Notes: generated by a model from the letters alone, not told the origin. A stretch of 56,633 nucleotides of DNA, filler included, from Dugesia japonica (GCA_001938525.1; 5 parts of 5 records of this genome joined end to end with filler, not necessarily neighbours in it); one strand, 5' to 3'; positions 12,885 to 25,115 are shown, numbered from the whole stretch's first letter. Numbers and translations are program-made.

Positions 12885-13840
12885 ATTTAGACGACAAAAC
12901 ATGCTTACATATTCAACCAATATATTCAAAAATCAAAATAAATTAACCAGAAAAAGTAATCGTTTCACAAAAATTGAGGACAAAAATTGTTAAGAAAATA
13001 TCCAATTAATCCACCCGAACCCACCAATAAGTAAGAAATTAATAGGAAAAAAAGGTAGAAAAGATTTCGCTAACTTGATGAAAATACCATTGATTTTTGA
13101 ATTAAAGTGACATTCGATAATTTATTTCGTGTCAATAAAAATAGTCATTAATCTCATCAAATGCACCAACAACAGAAATTTAGTCAATTCAACTGTTCAT
13201 AATCACTAATCGTCGAAAATTAAAGTTATTGAATCAAAACTCCAATCGATATATCACCGGAAATCAATTGGAATCATTACTCGTAGTCGACCATTTATTA
13301 TCTATATTATGAACAGACAGCAATCAACAATTTACATATAATAGTCGATAATTAAAGCTGGTGGATAATAAATCAACATTGAATCGTCGGGAATAATTTA
13401 AAATAATTCATAGTCAACGATCAATTATTTTGAATATGTAGAGGATAATTACCCGGACAATCAGTACATCAGTTGGATAATTATTAATTATTATAATTAC
13501 TCTGAACATCGATATTTAAGCCAACAGAAAATAATTCCAAAGTATTACATCATCGAATAAAGTGCATAGTACAAATTCCTGAGATAATTACAATTCTATC
13601 AATCGACAACCAAAGCGAATAATAAGAACTTCTAACAATTATTCCGAATTCTGAATATCAACTCCATTATCAATTCCTTCAATTCAAGCGTTCACCAACG
13701 TAATCATCAAGCAAAAGGTATTGTTATTTTGTATTGAATTAAAATCCTCAATTATAAAATTATTGGAATTATTTTTTGATGAATTTTATTATTCAATTAA
13801 TTTATTAAGGATAGAATTTCATTAATAGAGTTACAAAGAA
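12885..13840 (+). repeat. Dispersed ~0.9-kb non-coding repeat, copy 1
   Basis: Colinear with 39498-40395 (aaataaattaaccagaaaaa; aacagaaatttagtcaatt; taatagtcgataattaaagctggtggataataaa). Confidence 0.85.
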
Positions 13841-13899
13841 CATCAAAAGACCTTGTTTTGTTTATTAAACTATAACCATTAGATAGTGCCGTCGCAGCT

Positions 13900-14150
13900 A
13901 GTATAATGATAACGTACTATGTCTTCCATTAGAATTGCCTATATTATATTGTCTATATTATATTTCAACCAAGTATCACTAGTTCCAGTAATTATCGTTA
14001 CAGAAACTATTATCATTAGTATTATTGTTTCTATCATTATCTTTGAGGTTATTATAATCATTATGACTATCATGGTCACTGGCACAATCTTTATTATTAA
14101 TAGTATTTTTACCGATATTATTATTATCATAATTATTCGTCAGTCATTAT
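13900..14150. repeat. Degenerate (ATT/ATC)n low-complexity tract
   Basis: Gives Ile-rich pseudo-ORFs on both strands. Confidence 0.7.
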
Positions 14151-15309
14151 CATTGTTGGGACAGAACCCAACTAATAAAAATCAAATAATAACTATATAG
14201 AATCCTGAACGAATATAAATAATAAATCAAAAACATATTTTTTCATAAAGAACTGAACTTAAAAAGTGATGAAATAATAATATTTTTCCAAGAAACATGA
14301 TAAATTTGTTGGGCTAGAAAACGAGAGCCCGTGGAATTGGTAAAAGAATAACAAAAGAAATTGGAATTAAATAAAGCAAATAACAAGTGTTTGACCGGAT
14401 AATGATAAACTGTATTATTATTAATATTATTATTTTTTTTGTTAGGTAAAATTAACCTACATACACACATTCATACATTCACAATATACATAATAATACA
14501 TAGACAAGCCTACAATATTAAATACATAAGCACGCACAAAACACACAAAATAAAATACATCAATATTCAATAATATACATCAAAAGTGTATCAATATTCG
14601 ACATCAATATTCGAACCGATCGGTCAAGTCAATTCAATCAATTCCAATCAAACCAATTCATCAAATACTGGACAATTAATTTATAAATATGTGTGAATTC
14701 TTTGACTCTATTTATTTTATCTATCAAATCTGTATTGATTATAAAACTTTGGAATTTTTATATATTTTTGGTTGTACAAATCTTTATTCAATTTTTATAA
14801 TCTATATAAATAATATATAATTGAGTTTCTTTTTTATGAGAATTGATTATCAACTGTACATAGAAAAAAGAAATTGTTTACATAAAAAACGAATCAATGT
14901 ACTCAGGTTTATTTGTTATGAAAAAAATCAATTAACACAAAATTTTTATATTTTAAATAATCTGAAAATAATTTTTATTTATTTTAAAATGATTTTTGGG
15001 TGATTTAATTTATTTTAAAAATATTATCTAAATTTTAGAATGAAGTTTTGTTTAATTCGAAAAATATGTTATTTATTCTGTAAAATGGGTATGTACAAAA
15101 AAGGTATAAATAGGGTTGAAAATTTTAGTAATTTCACCCTTCAAAATGCTGTTCAACAGTTTAAATCTTTTGAAATTTACAACTGAGCTAAAATTCTGTA
15201 ATTTGTAACTATTGTAATAAGAATAAGAAAACTTTTATTTAAAAGTAAATCTTTTTTGGAATTTCATTAATAAGGACGACTATATATATATATATATATA
15301 TATATTATT

Positions 15310-15458
15310 TTATCTATTATAAACATATTAAGGTATATAGGATCAAATTTTATAACGATAATATATTGAGATTATCATAGTTATTAAAATCAACTGTTAA
15401 AAACTCACGCACTGTTGATTTATTTTGGTAAGAATCCCCCAAAGTGTATCAACATTAT
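15310..15458 (+). repeat. Dispersed repeat, copy of 45800-45944
   Basis: Shared aaacatattaaggtata...aacgataatatattg.gattatcatagttattaaa...aaactcacgca.tgttgattta.tttggtaa. Confidence 0.8.
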
Positions 15459-15929
15459 TAATACTATTATTATTATTTATTATTATTATTATTATTATTA
15501 TCGTAGTTAATATCTTATTATTACCAATATTATCATTATTATTATGATTAGTGTGACACGATTTCAAAGAAAATTGGAAATAAAAGGACCATATTCGAAA
15601 GATTAAATTTTAATTAATTTATGCTATTATTGGGGTGAAATACCAGAAGAAATAAGAAATTGGGGGGACCCCATATAAGTGAAATAATAGGCAATTAATC
15701 AAAAAATTAGAAATAAAGAATTAATTATTTATTAATTTAATCAAGAAAATAATTCAAAGTGAAAAATAAAGAACATAAATATAGACAGTAATTAGAAGAT
15801 GAAATATAAAGATCAATTATGGAAGAATTACAATAAAAAATTGATTAAATTTAAATAAAATGGGGGTAAATTACAATATTAAAAATAAAAATAGTTGATA
15901 ACAAGGCAGATTTATTGTCAAGAAAGCAT

Positions 15930-16490
15930 TAATGTGCCCATTGAACGTCTTGTTTTCATAAATTAAACCGGATTTAATCTCCATACATCACAAAGCTATG
16001 GATATTCACCAACGAATACATATGCATTCTCGACTGTTAAAGTAAATAAAGGAGTAAACCAGAGCTTAATGTGTGCAAGTGATTTATCTGCCTTTGTTGC
16101 TTTTGAAATTGTAAGTGGAGCATACGATGGTGAAAAGTTCAAGCAGTTCATCGAAACAAAATTTTTGATTATTTTAAAAGAAACAGGGGATCGATTCTAA
16201 TAATGGATAACTGCAGATTCCATCATGGGCTAGATGTGCTCGGGCTTCTTAGAGAAAATTTAATCCCGTTTAAGTTTATTCCTACATATTCTCGTCAGCT
16301 GAATCCTATTGAGGAATTTTTTGTAGTATTGAAAGCTAATTATAAAGCTATTCGGCCCCGGCCAGTTACAATAGGAGATGTGAGATTATCTGTGCAAAGT
16401 CTGATTAAAGCTGATGTTCCACTAAAACAATATTTTGAGAAAATGAGACGATTTATTTATCTTGGAATGGCGAGCCAACCATTTATCTAA
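15930..16490 (+). pseudogene. Tc1/IS630-like DD34E transposase, C-terminal part
   Basis: MDNCRFH...FIPTYSRQLNPIEEFF with exactly 34 residues between D and E. Upstream frameshifted AFEIVSGAYDGEKFKQFI. Confidence 0.85.
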
Positions 16491-16772
16491 TAAATGATGT
16501 TGTTGATTTATTTCTTTTATTANNNNNNNNNNNNNNNNNNNNNNNNNNATATAATACTTATATATAATAAAATTCCAAAATATTACTTTTTCAAGAATAA
16601 AATACGACTTTTCTATAATTTAATAAGTTTCAACTTGAAAAAGTTAGCTAGTTACTTTCTTTCGAAGTCGAAAAGTTAATATTTGGGAATAACACTGTAA
16701 TTAAATTTAAGAACAAAGGACAATTAACGAGAAAAGAAAAAGAAGCTAATAACTTTGGTTCAGATAACGGGG

Positions 16773-16872
16773 NNNNNNNNNNNNNNNNNNNNNNNNNNNN
16801 NNNNNNNNNNNNNNNNTTAATTAATTAANNNNNNNNNNNNNNNNNNNNNNNNNNNNNNNNNNNNNNNNNNNN
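16773..16872. other. Artificial contig spacer (44 N + TTAATTAATTAA + 44 N)
   Basis: Six-frame stop 12-mer centred in a 100-bp gap; identical design at four sites. Confidence 0.95.
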
Positions 16873-17587
16873 ATGTTTCCAAGAAATTAGATTGCGTGAG
16901 ACGATACGGAATGGAACATGTGTGAGGATTTATGATAATTATGTATGCTTTTAATCGTACTTTATCGATTTGTAATAAAAATTATGTACGATGAAATAAA
17001 CTTTTTTGAATATAAAAAAATAAAAAGTCAATTCTTGACGAAGATAAAGTCGAAATTTAGAATAATTATCAAAAACCAAAAACAATTTTTTATCGAAGCT
17101 TTTATTTTAAATCAATGTTGGAATATACTCTCAAATTTTTGTCATCAACCCCTAATACAAAATTAATAAAATAAAAATCAAATACATCAATTTTTCAAAG
17201 CTTTTTTCCCGTATTCTTAATTTGGACTACACGTATGAAATACCAATATTCTTGAGAAATAGACCAATGATAAGAGAGTTTATTTGAGAGGAGGATGAGA
17301 TCATCCCTTGCCACATTCTTAATGATTACATCTCGAGAAACAAGCATCTTGAATGCTTGAATGATGGACTGGATCAAGTACTCATCTCTGGTTTCGTGAG
17401 CTAAATCTTCTCGTTTTACTTCAACCATAAAAGTAATTTGTAGGTGAAGATTGAGGAATACAGAGAATGTTTCTAATATGAGTCAGCCTTATGAGTCAAA
17501 TCACTAAGTAACTATCGAATTGCTATCAAATACCAAATAAAAAAATATATTTAATATAATATAATTTAATATAAATATATTAAAATC

Positions 17588-17995
17588 CAGGGTTGTTCAA
17601 AGTATGACCCGTGGTCTCTTATAGAGAATATTTTTTAAAATTTTAAAAAATATGATTTTCTCAATTTTATTTAATAATGTGGTTAAATATCAGATACTCT
17701 TATACACGTAATTTCAATTTTACTTAATCCTTCATTCCATTTTGTTGTATTGTTATACACAACTAGCATTAAAAATAAAATTCATTTAAACTTTAAATCT
17801 AAACATCTATTTTTATCCATATTTGTTATTATTTTTAAGAATTAAGATTCTACATCAATGTGCTGCTTTTATAATAAATATAAAGATAAATTTACATTTA
17901 TGCGTTTAACGTCATGTCTGATGTAGGTTAAGATATTGGAAAAGTGGAAAAATGTAAACTGCAGCCAGTGACTCCAGAAAGCTTGGATAACTCAT
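17588..17995. mobile_element. Possible non-autonomous hAT (Charlie-like) element
   Basis: Left end cagggttgttcaaagtatgacccgtgg and right end aaagcttggataactc resemble degenerate hAT-Charlie termini. No clear TSD. Confidence 0.35.
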
Positions 17996-18168
17996 TCAGT
18001 TGTAAAGTCTAACATACGTAATATAAATTTTTTAACTTCAACTAATAATTGAACATTATTTATTGAATTTTACAATATTGTAAAGTTACATTTATACAAT
18101 ATGAGATTGAAGATTTTGAATAGGGCAAAAGTTATTAAATTAATTAAATCAAATTAATTTTTTCCATA

Positions 18169-19617
18169 CTATTTTTTCCCTTTTTTAGGAGAACTCTTTT
18201 TTGACGGAGGAGAACTTTTGCTTTTCTTTTTCTTATCAGGAGACTTTTTAACGTCTTGATTTTCTATTGGTTCAATTTGTTTAGGAGGTCTTGGCCAAAT
18301 TCCATCCATATCGTTAAGTGGCCATTGAACCAGATCAAATCCTTTAATAAATTTCAATGGTTCTGGCCGACGAGTTGGTGGAATTGGAGTCTGTTCCTTA
18401 TCAATAACGTGTTTTAACCATGCCATTTTATCCATATAAAACAAAGTGTCTCGATACCATCTGAACATAACTCTATCTATGTAAAATATTATATGATTTC
18501 TGTGATGATCGACTAAACAAATAATGCCATTTTTAGAAACGGAAAAATGACCCGGTCTGACAACTCGAAGTTCATCAACTTTCCAACCTCCAAAGCTACT
18601 TGTTTCCACACCTCCTTTATGAAATGCTCTTAAAAATCCCCATTGACTATCAGACACAGCGAGTACATTTAAACTATCTAGCCTCAAACAATATGGCTGT
18701 TTCATTCTTTCTAATCCAAACTCATAAATTGCACGAACAGTTATCCTATCAACAACTCTGTAACACATTTCTTTTATTATTTGAAAAACAAAGATTCTTG
18801 CGGGTCTAAGTGCGGCAACGTATAAAAATCCATTACCAGCTGCACAACCACCAGACGTTGCTAGGTGCACACAAAATGGTTCAGTCTTGGACCATCCTTG
18901 TAATCGAAAATCAACTGGAATTAATTTTCGGTAATGAAGTAATTCCATTCTTTGTATAGGATTTCTTATTATATAAATAGTATCATTATCAACTGTTACA
19001 CCTATTGGACGACCTTCGTCTATAAATGATTTTTGCTTTTCTTGATCTATTGACGGATCATCAGGATTATAATTTAATTCAAATTTATAATCACGTGTGT
19101 TTTCAATTTCCCCCTCTGGAGAAAATTGAGTCAGTGTTGTTTTTTTGACCGATGGACATCGAATCAAAGCCAAAATACGCCCAGTTTTTGGTGTTTCAAT
19201 AATTTGATATGGTTCACCTTTTGTTATGATATCAGGTAATTTTACTAAGTCATCAAAACATGGATCCAATTGATATCTCCAAATCTTTCGATTTTGAGGA
19301 TCTGAAACCCACAAATGACCCCATGAAGTAATAAGTGGACAAAATGGATTCCAAGAATATTCTCGATATATAAAATCTGGATTGTTAATATAAGGATACC
19401 ATGGTTGCCGTTTAACGTACATCATTCCCGGACCTTTCGGTGGTAGTGGAGGCGGGGTTTCTGGACGAGGTTCAGGCCAAAATGGTTCTTCAATTGCATC
19501 AGGAGAACCTCTTTTACCTTTTGGTGAATCCTTTTTACCTTTTGGAGAATCTTTCTTTTTCGGTGAATCTTTTTTTGATCCTTTTTTGCTGTCTGGAGAA
19601 CCCTTTTTAGATGGCAT
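18169..19617 (-). CDS. Intronless NHL-repeat-like beta-propeller protein with SPKK/Lys-rich N- and C-terminal tails
   Basis: Uninterrupted 482-aa ORF. Blade-like motifs: GHLWVSDPQNRKIWRY, GEPYQIIETPKTGRIL, GRPIGVTVDNDTIYI, GNGFLYVA, QPYCLRLDSLNVLAVSDSQWG, RPGHFSVSKNGIICLVDHHRNHIIFY. DSPKK/DSPKG repeats at the N-terminus and SSPKKGKK at the C-terminus. Confidence 0.85.
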   Translation of the reverse strand: MPSKKGSPDSKKGSKKDSPKKKDSPKGKKDSPKGKRGSPDAIEEPFWPEPRPETPPPLPPKGPGMMYVKRQPWYPYINNPDFIYREYSWNPFCPLITSWGHLWVSDPQNRKIWRYQLDPCFDDLVKLPDIITKGEPYQIIETPKTGRILALIRCPSVKKTTLTQFSPEGEIENTRDYKFELNYNPDDPSIDQEKQKSFIDEGRPIGVTVDNDTIYIIRNPIQRMELLHYRKLIPVDFRLQGWSKTEPFCVHLATSGGCAAGNGFLYVAALRPARIFVFQIIKEMCYRVVDRITVRAIYEFGLERMKQPYCLRLDSLNVLAVSDSQWGFLRAFHKGGVETSSFGGWKVDELRVVRPGHFSVSKNGIICLVDHHRNHIIFYIDRVMFRWYRDTLFYMDKMAWLKHVIDKEQTPIPPTRRPEPLKFIKGFDLVQWPLNDMDGIWPRPPKQIEPIENQDVKKSPDKKKKSKSSPPSKKSSPKKGKK

Positions 19618-19884
19618 ATTTAATTTATCTTTAATTTATAATATGAATAACAAATTCCAATACAGCATTTGAAATTTATTGATAATTAATATAAATATTA
19701 AATAAAAATTACAAAAAAATTATCAAAGATTATTAGTGTGATAATAGAGAATAAGAAATATGTATAAATAACTATTGTTGTTAAATTTATTTTGGTTTTT
19801 AATTAGAATTTACATTTGTTTATTGTTTTGAATACAACAGAAAATCAATTATAGAAATTAAAAATTTTTAGGAAATTGATTTAA

Positions 19885-19965
19885 ATATTATCGAAGCTTT
19901 TATTTTAATAAAATCTGAAGAAACTTTTAATGGTTACGTCTGACAATTATTCTCACTAAAATTGG
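19885..19965. repeat. Fragment related to the Gypsy LTR at 36596-36969
   Basis: tatcgaagcttttattttaat.aaatct...aatggtta.gtc..acaattattctcac is shared with 36755-36915. Confidence 0.6.
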
Positions 19966-20329
19966 AAAATTCGGAAATATGTAAAAAGTTATTAAACCTG
20001 AGTTCTGGTAAAACTCAAAAGAAAACATAATAGTAATGAATATCAATATCAACAGAGAAACGGTAATGTTGTTTAGGAAAATGTAAAAATGAAAAATTTA
20101 TATTTAAAAGATTTTTATTTTTTATTTTAGTTTAAATAGCCAAAAATGACCAATAAAAATTAATTAAAATAATTTTAATTAGAAAACTACTTATCGTAGT
20201 TCTTAATGAAAATATATTATTTTCGGACGATTTTCTCAACATTGTGAAGTGGTAAATACCGATTCAATTACAGAGATGTTATTATCAAATGTGTTCTGTT
20301 TGGGTGATGGTAAATAAAGCGTTGTGAAT

Positions 20330-21060
20330 TGTATTTCGATACATAAGGCAATTAATACTAAAAAGTGACTTTAAAAGATTATTTTTTATTTGTTGAAAAT
20401 AGTTGACAAGTTTCAGGGTTGTTTAAGATTGGCATTCGAGAAAGAAAAAGATGCTGTCAAATATTTTCAAAATCTGAATCACTACAGACGTGAAATTAAA
20501 GAGATCAATGTTTAGCAAAGGAGTTAGTTCAAAGATTATTTTCAAATAAATTGTTTATGAAGGAGAAAATGACATCAAAGATGCTAGTATTTTGTGCAGA
20601 TAATAAAACAGTTGAAGAAGGATGAGTTTGCGGAAACTACGGGATATAGAAGAAATTGATAAAACAATAACAATAGTAGATTGAATAGAAAAAATGAAGA
20701 GATTTTATTAATAGAGTTAGAAGTTACGCCAGAGCTAAACGTTAAGGTTATCAGATACCGATAAACTAAAAAATGAGTTTACTGGTTTATCAAAGAGAGG
20801 AAAGACGAAAGATTGAATGTTGGTTATATCATAAGTTTGTCAGCCCAAGGTAAAGTAAAGTCCAGCAAAGTAAATGATAGAGTGTTGGACTTGTCATAAA
20901 GAATTACATGTGAGTCAAAATTTTCCGAGAAGCCAATATTTGTTGGGATTATGGAAAAGTGAAAATGTTGAAGAGAGGCCTGAAAATTTCTACGCCAATA
21001 TGAAAATGAAAAGAACAACCGAGAAATTCAAGAGAGAAAAATATACAGGCGATTGAAAAT
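20330..21060 (+). pseudogene. LTR-retrotransposon gag remnant with degenerate zinc knuckle
   Basis: IECWTCHKELHVSQNFP fits a decayed CX2CX4HX4C knuckle; upstream are broken, helical gag-like frames. Confidence 0.5.
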
Positions 21061-21769
21061 GGTGAAATGGATATGCACAATGCATATGAAAAAGTCAATG
21101 AAAACGATTTCAGAAGGCAGTACTCAAAGAGCAGAGCTCCAGCTAGTATAAAAGATTGGTAGGAGCAATCCATTTACAAATGAATTAACTGATTGTTCTC
21201 AATGGACCGAAAAGTTGGAAAGAAAATATACATATTTCCAAAGAAAGATAAGTTTGTTAATAATAGAAAAACAGAATTCGGAAGATTCAATATTATATAA
21301 TTAAGGATAAATCAAGACTGTTTAAAGTTTAATAAGTGAAAAATACTAACCTTATAATAATTTATTGTATTTTGATTGGCTGAATATAATAAAGTAAATA
21401 TGTATATGTATAAAATCTTACTTAAAGTTTAATAAGTGATTATATTAAATAAAAAAGTAAGAAAAAATAATACACACCAAGCACACACATAAATACACAT
21501 ATTTTTACTACCTATAAGATTACAAACTTATTAAACCTTTAACAGTATATTAGACATAAATGCATAAATTAAAAATATTTTATANNNNNNNNNNNNNNNN
21601 NNNNNNNNNNNNNNNNNNNNNNNNNNNNNNNNNNNNNNNNNNNNNNNNNNNNNNNNNNNNNNNNNNNNNNNNNNNNNNNNNNNNNNNNNNNNNNNNNNNA
21701 AAACTTAATATTATGATAAATAATTTGGTAATCATCATACAACATTGTACTGAATAACTGAAAAATAGT

Positions 21770-22540
21770 TTAATACATTGAAGAAATTAATGAAGACTTT
21801 TCATTTCTCGGCACTGTTATTTTCACGATATTTTTCACACACATATTTTGCATTATTATGTAATGGTTTTTAATATCTTTTACTGCTTCGCGTAATTTAT
21901 AATAAAATACTTCATCATGCTCAATGATTCCTTGGATAAAATCTGACACATGTGAGAATTTCAATAATTTTGTAAATATTTTACCACGTTGATTGAAATA
22001 GTCGGTGAAAATATCCAAATCATTAACGAGTTGAGATTCGATTGAACTCAAACAGCTGATCACTTCTTCTTGAACTGAAACACCAAAATTATTCCCATCG
22101 GCAATTTCAGGAACCTTTAATTGAATCCATAACAATAACATTTTTACATCTTGGAGATTTTCAATCATTATCGGTTTTACAAGATTGAGAATGTCAATTA
22201 ATATTTTATTTGACTGCAGTTTTTCAACATCACTATAAGGAATTACTCGGCCGGGATTTTCAATAGAGCTTGAATCTTCGGAAGATGACAATTCAGTCTG
22301 CAAATTCTTTTTCTTATACTTTGATAAAGACTTTTTCAATGAATTTATTTGCTGTTTATTTTCCTTCTTTATTATGCCAATTACTTTTTCAGAATGAAAA
22401 TGTTCAGAACTGATAAGTTTGTTGATGACAACGATTTTCTGTGGGATTTTAACTTTTAATAGAGATTTACTTGAAGTGTGTAGATGTTTTTTAAAATCGA
22501 CCAATTCCGGAAATTGGTGAGATGATTTCTCGTTTGACAT
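21770..22540 (-). CDS. PSME3: Proteasome activator PA28/11S REG (gamma-like) subunit
   Basis: 256-aa intact ORF with activation-loop motif LWIQLKVPEIADGNNFGVSVQEE, YFNQRGK..TKLLKFSHVSDF, KNIVKITVPR, a C-terminal MY, and a basic insert (KKSLSKYKKK) like the REG-gamma NLS region. Confidence 0.93.
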   Translation of the reverse strand: MSNEKSSHQFPELVDFKKHLHTSSKSLLKVKIPQKIVVINKLISSEHFHSEKVIGIIKKENKQQINSLKKSLSKYKKKNLQTELSSSEDSSSIENPGRVIPYSDVEKLQSNKILIDILNLVKPIMIENLQDVKMLLLWIQLKVPEIADGNNFGVSVQEEVISCLSSIESQLVNDLDIFTDYFNQRGKIFTKLLKFSHVSDFIQGIIEHDEVFYYKLREAVKDIKNHYIIMQNMCVKNIVKITVPRNEKSSLISSMY

Positions 22541-22706
22541 TGTTATTTAACTTTACAATGAAATTATTATTACTTTTATATTGGTTTTTTAAAAATTAAA
22601 TCGAAAGCTGATATAAAATGAATTATTATAAGGTTAGTATTTTAATGCAATTTTTCACTTATTAAACTTAATTAATTATTAGAATGAAAAAAATTTATGC
22701 TTTTAA

Positions 22707-22957
22707 CAGTAGTGGGCAAATGTTTTTAAGTTACGATACCCCAATTTATTTTTTCGCAATTTAAAGCGGTTCCAAAAATAATAATTTAAATTCTTCTTGA
22801 AAAAGTTAGAAAAATATACAAAATGCCAGAAAGTATAAAGATAACATCTTTTAATTTTTTATGTAAGATTGAAAATCAATGCAACGCATGAGCTTGGCGC
22901 TGTGAACACTTTTTTTTAAATTGTTATACTTTTCGCAACACCATTTGCCCAGCAGTG
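22707..22957. mobile_element. MITE with ~15-bp hAT-like terminal inverted repeats
   Basis: cagtagtgggcaaat ... atttgcccagcagtg (reverse complement cactgctgggcaaat). No matching 8-bp TSD. Confidence 0.55.
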
Positions 22958-23346
22958 CGGTATCAAATGTCTAAATTGAATATGGTAAGGGACTGTCCAT
23001 TATTATGCGAACAATTTTCAGGCAATATTCAACTTCTTTCCCATTGTCAAAAACTTTTAAATTTTCAATGAACTATCACACACCCACAAATTAACAATAT
23101 GTTAACTAATTTCTTGGATAGTTTGCATTTATTGATAAAAAGGTTCATTGTTGATAGACTGCTTTACCTACTCTTCGGCTCAACTTTAGAGGTGCATTCT
23201 ATTGTCGATACATTACTTTCAATCTTTGTTTATTTTCTTCTATTTTATTATTTGTACAATTTGTTTGCTAAATTGCTAAATCCTCTATTGCCTTCTTTTG
23301 TCTCTTGGATCACTTGTTTATTATCGATAAGTTGGTTATGAAAACA

Positions 23347-23870
23347 CTAAAAATGTGCTTCACATAATATTGCATCTACATCACTCCCTCTTTTCGCAAA
23401 ATTGACGTCCTCGTCGATATCTTGCACCAGGTACTTAGTTTCATTCCATCGTCTCTTTTGTTTCGTTGTCGACAAAAATCCTCCTTTAGCATGTACTGCC
23501 TCGATCAAATTCATCCGTTTTCTTGTCTCCTGCAATAAATTTACTGAATATATCTTGAAATCTTTCTCCGCACTTCGATAGCATTTACCACATAATTTCA
23601 TTATATTGCCTTTGTTGATTGGACATATGGTAGGCTTCCATTCTTTACATTTCTTGCGTGGTATTGATTCAGTCTCGTTTGTACTTCTTATTGATAACCG
23701 ATTATCGAAAATCCAATACTATTGGTTCTTTGTAGTAACTCTTTGAATTCGGCTTCAAATTATCTTGTGTATTCAGTCCTTTCATGTTGAATCGTCCACA
23801 TCTTGGATTGTCGCATTTTCGATTCCCTTTCTTTAAGTCGTCTGCCACTGAAGAATAATATCAATTAAGT
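23347..23870 (-). pseudogene. Ty3/Gypsy pol (RT connection/RNase H) fragment
   Basis: CYRSAEKDF (cf. S..L..AEKNY) and KRRWNETKYLVQDIDEDVNFAKRGSDVDA (cf. RW...LQ.YD..I.Y.KG..N..ADA). Confidence 0.45.
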
Positions 23871-24309
23871 ATGTCTATTTTATTTTCGTAAATATTTAAT
23901 TTATGGTTTAATTCAAATTTTTGCAAAATTTCGTCAGGAGTTAATTCAATATTGCATTTGATAGGATTCGCTGCTGTTGATCCCTTCATGTGAATTCCTA
24001 AGCACTGCATTTTATTTCTAATGATTCCTTTGACATTGCTTAAACTAATACCACACCATTATTTATATGAATCTGTGATTTTTATCAACTCAATTGTCAT
24101 TCTACTAAATTTATTAGCGATTTTCTTTGCTTCATCGCATAAAAACCTGCACTAAAAGAGAATTGAGTGTACAGAAATGAATTGAGTGCTGAGCCTGAAA
24201 TGCGTTTGTAAATAACGATAATAGAACCTGAATTTAAAGATTTGTGCAAAACAAAGCGAATTCTTACCAGTTATTAAAACTGAAACGTTTTAAAGTACAT
24301 ATTAAATTA

Positions 24310-24450
24310 ATATGCTATTAATAGGGCAATCTTTTTTAACCTTAAAAAGAAGAAAAACTTTACTTTTTTTTGACCAATATTTTGACTTAATAATGAAAAC
24401 TTTTGATTTTATGTTTCCTTTTTAAACAATTATCACTGCTTAGTAGTCTT
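24310..24450. repeat. Dispersed repeat (inverted copy at 31990-32105; partial copy at 24690-24790)
   Basis: agggcaatcttttttaac...tttttgaccaatatt.tgacttaat...aaacaattat.actgcttagtag. Confidence 0.75.
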
Positions 24451-24859
24451 AAAATTTATGAAAATTTAGGCTTGTAAATGAAAAATATATCAAGAGTTTA
24501 CATTTTATTGAACACTTTAACAACATGATTTCATTACCAAATTTGAGGGTCAAAGTTTCGGTCTTTTGCTAAAGATTTACTCAACATGGAAAACCTTCTT
24601 TTGACACAAGCTGAAATAGGCTGAAATTTCATTAAAAAATTATTCCATTGGTGAAATTGATTCTTTTTTCATGTACGTTATTGTCATTATTAGGACAAAC
24701 TTTTATTTATCATGTTAAAAAGAAAAGTTTGACTTTTTTGACCAAATTTCGGACTTTATAATGCAACGTTTTTACTCATTACTCCATTTTTCACGAATCT
24801 TCCTTCTATTTACTTTTTGATATGACATGGATCTTCAATGATTTGCAATTCAGAAACTT

Positions 24860-25115
24860 CCTACGACAGACTCGATAGTGCAATCTGTACTCTCGGCAGG
24901 AGTAATAAGTTCAGCCAAAACAATATAATTTGGACAATCTTACTCAAACTCTTGCTACCTTTGCATTTGAAACACTTTGTTTTGCCTGCTTTACAAGTCT
25001 TCCATCATATTTAAAGTTGTCAATAGTTGCTTTGATCGTCACAAAGTGCTCGGCAAAGTACTTCACAGCATTCAACCAACTTGCCCATCTTGTGACAACA
25101 GGCTGGGGCGGATTT
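24860..25115 (-). pseudogene. hAT-superfamily transposase fragment
   Basis: Minus-strand frame NPPQPVVTRWASWLNAVKYFAEHFVTIKATIDNF matches the PP.P..TRWG.WL.A..YY motif. Confidence 0.7.

Noticed and set aside
13919-14200. Ile-rich 'membrane protein' ORFs on both strands
   Set aside because: Artefact of a degenerate ATT/ATC microsatellite.
16817-16828. TTAATTAATTAA as a piggyBac target or biological motif
   Set aside because: Always centred in exactly 44+44 N, so it is an assembly linker.
17195-17428. 77-aa ORF, perhaps a Gypsy RNase H-integrase linker
   Set aside because: Resemblance too weak to call.
18600-18809. Antisense ORF within the NHL gene
   Set aside because: Short shadow ORF with no motif.
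23880-24150. Possible pogo/CENP-B HTH fragment (LCDEAKKIANKF)
   Set aside because: Single weak motif with multiple stops; not supportable.
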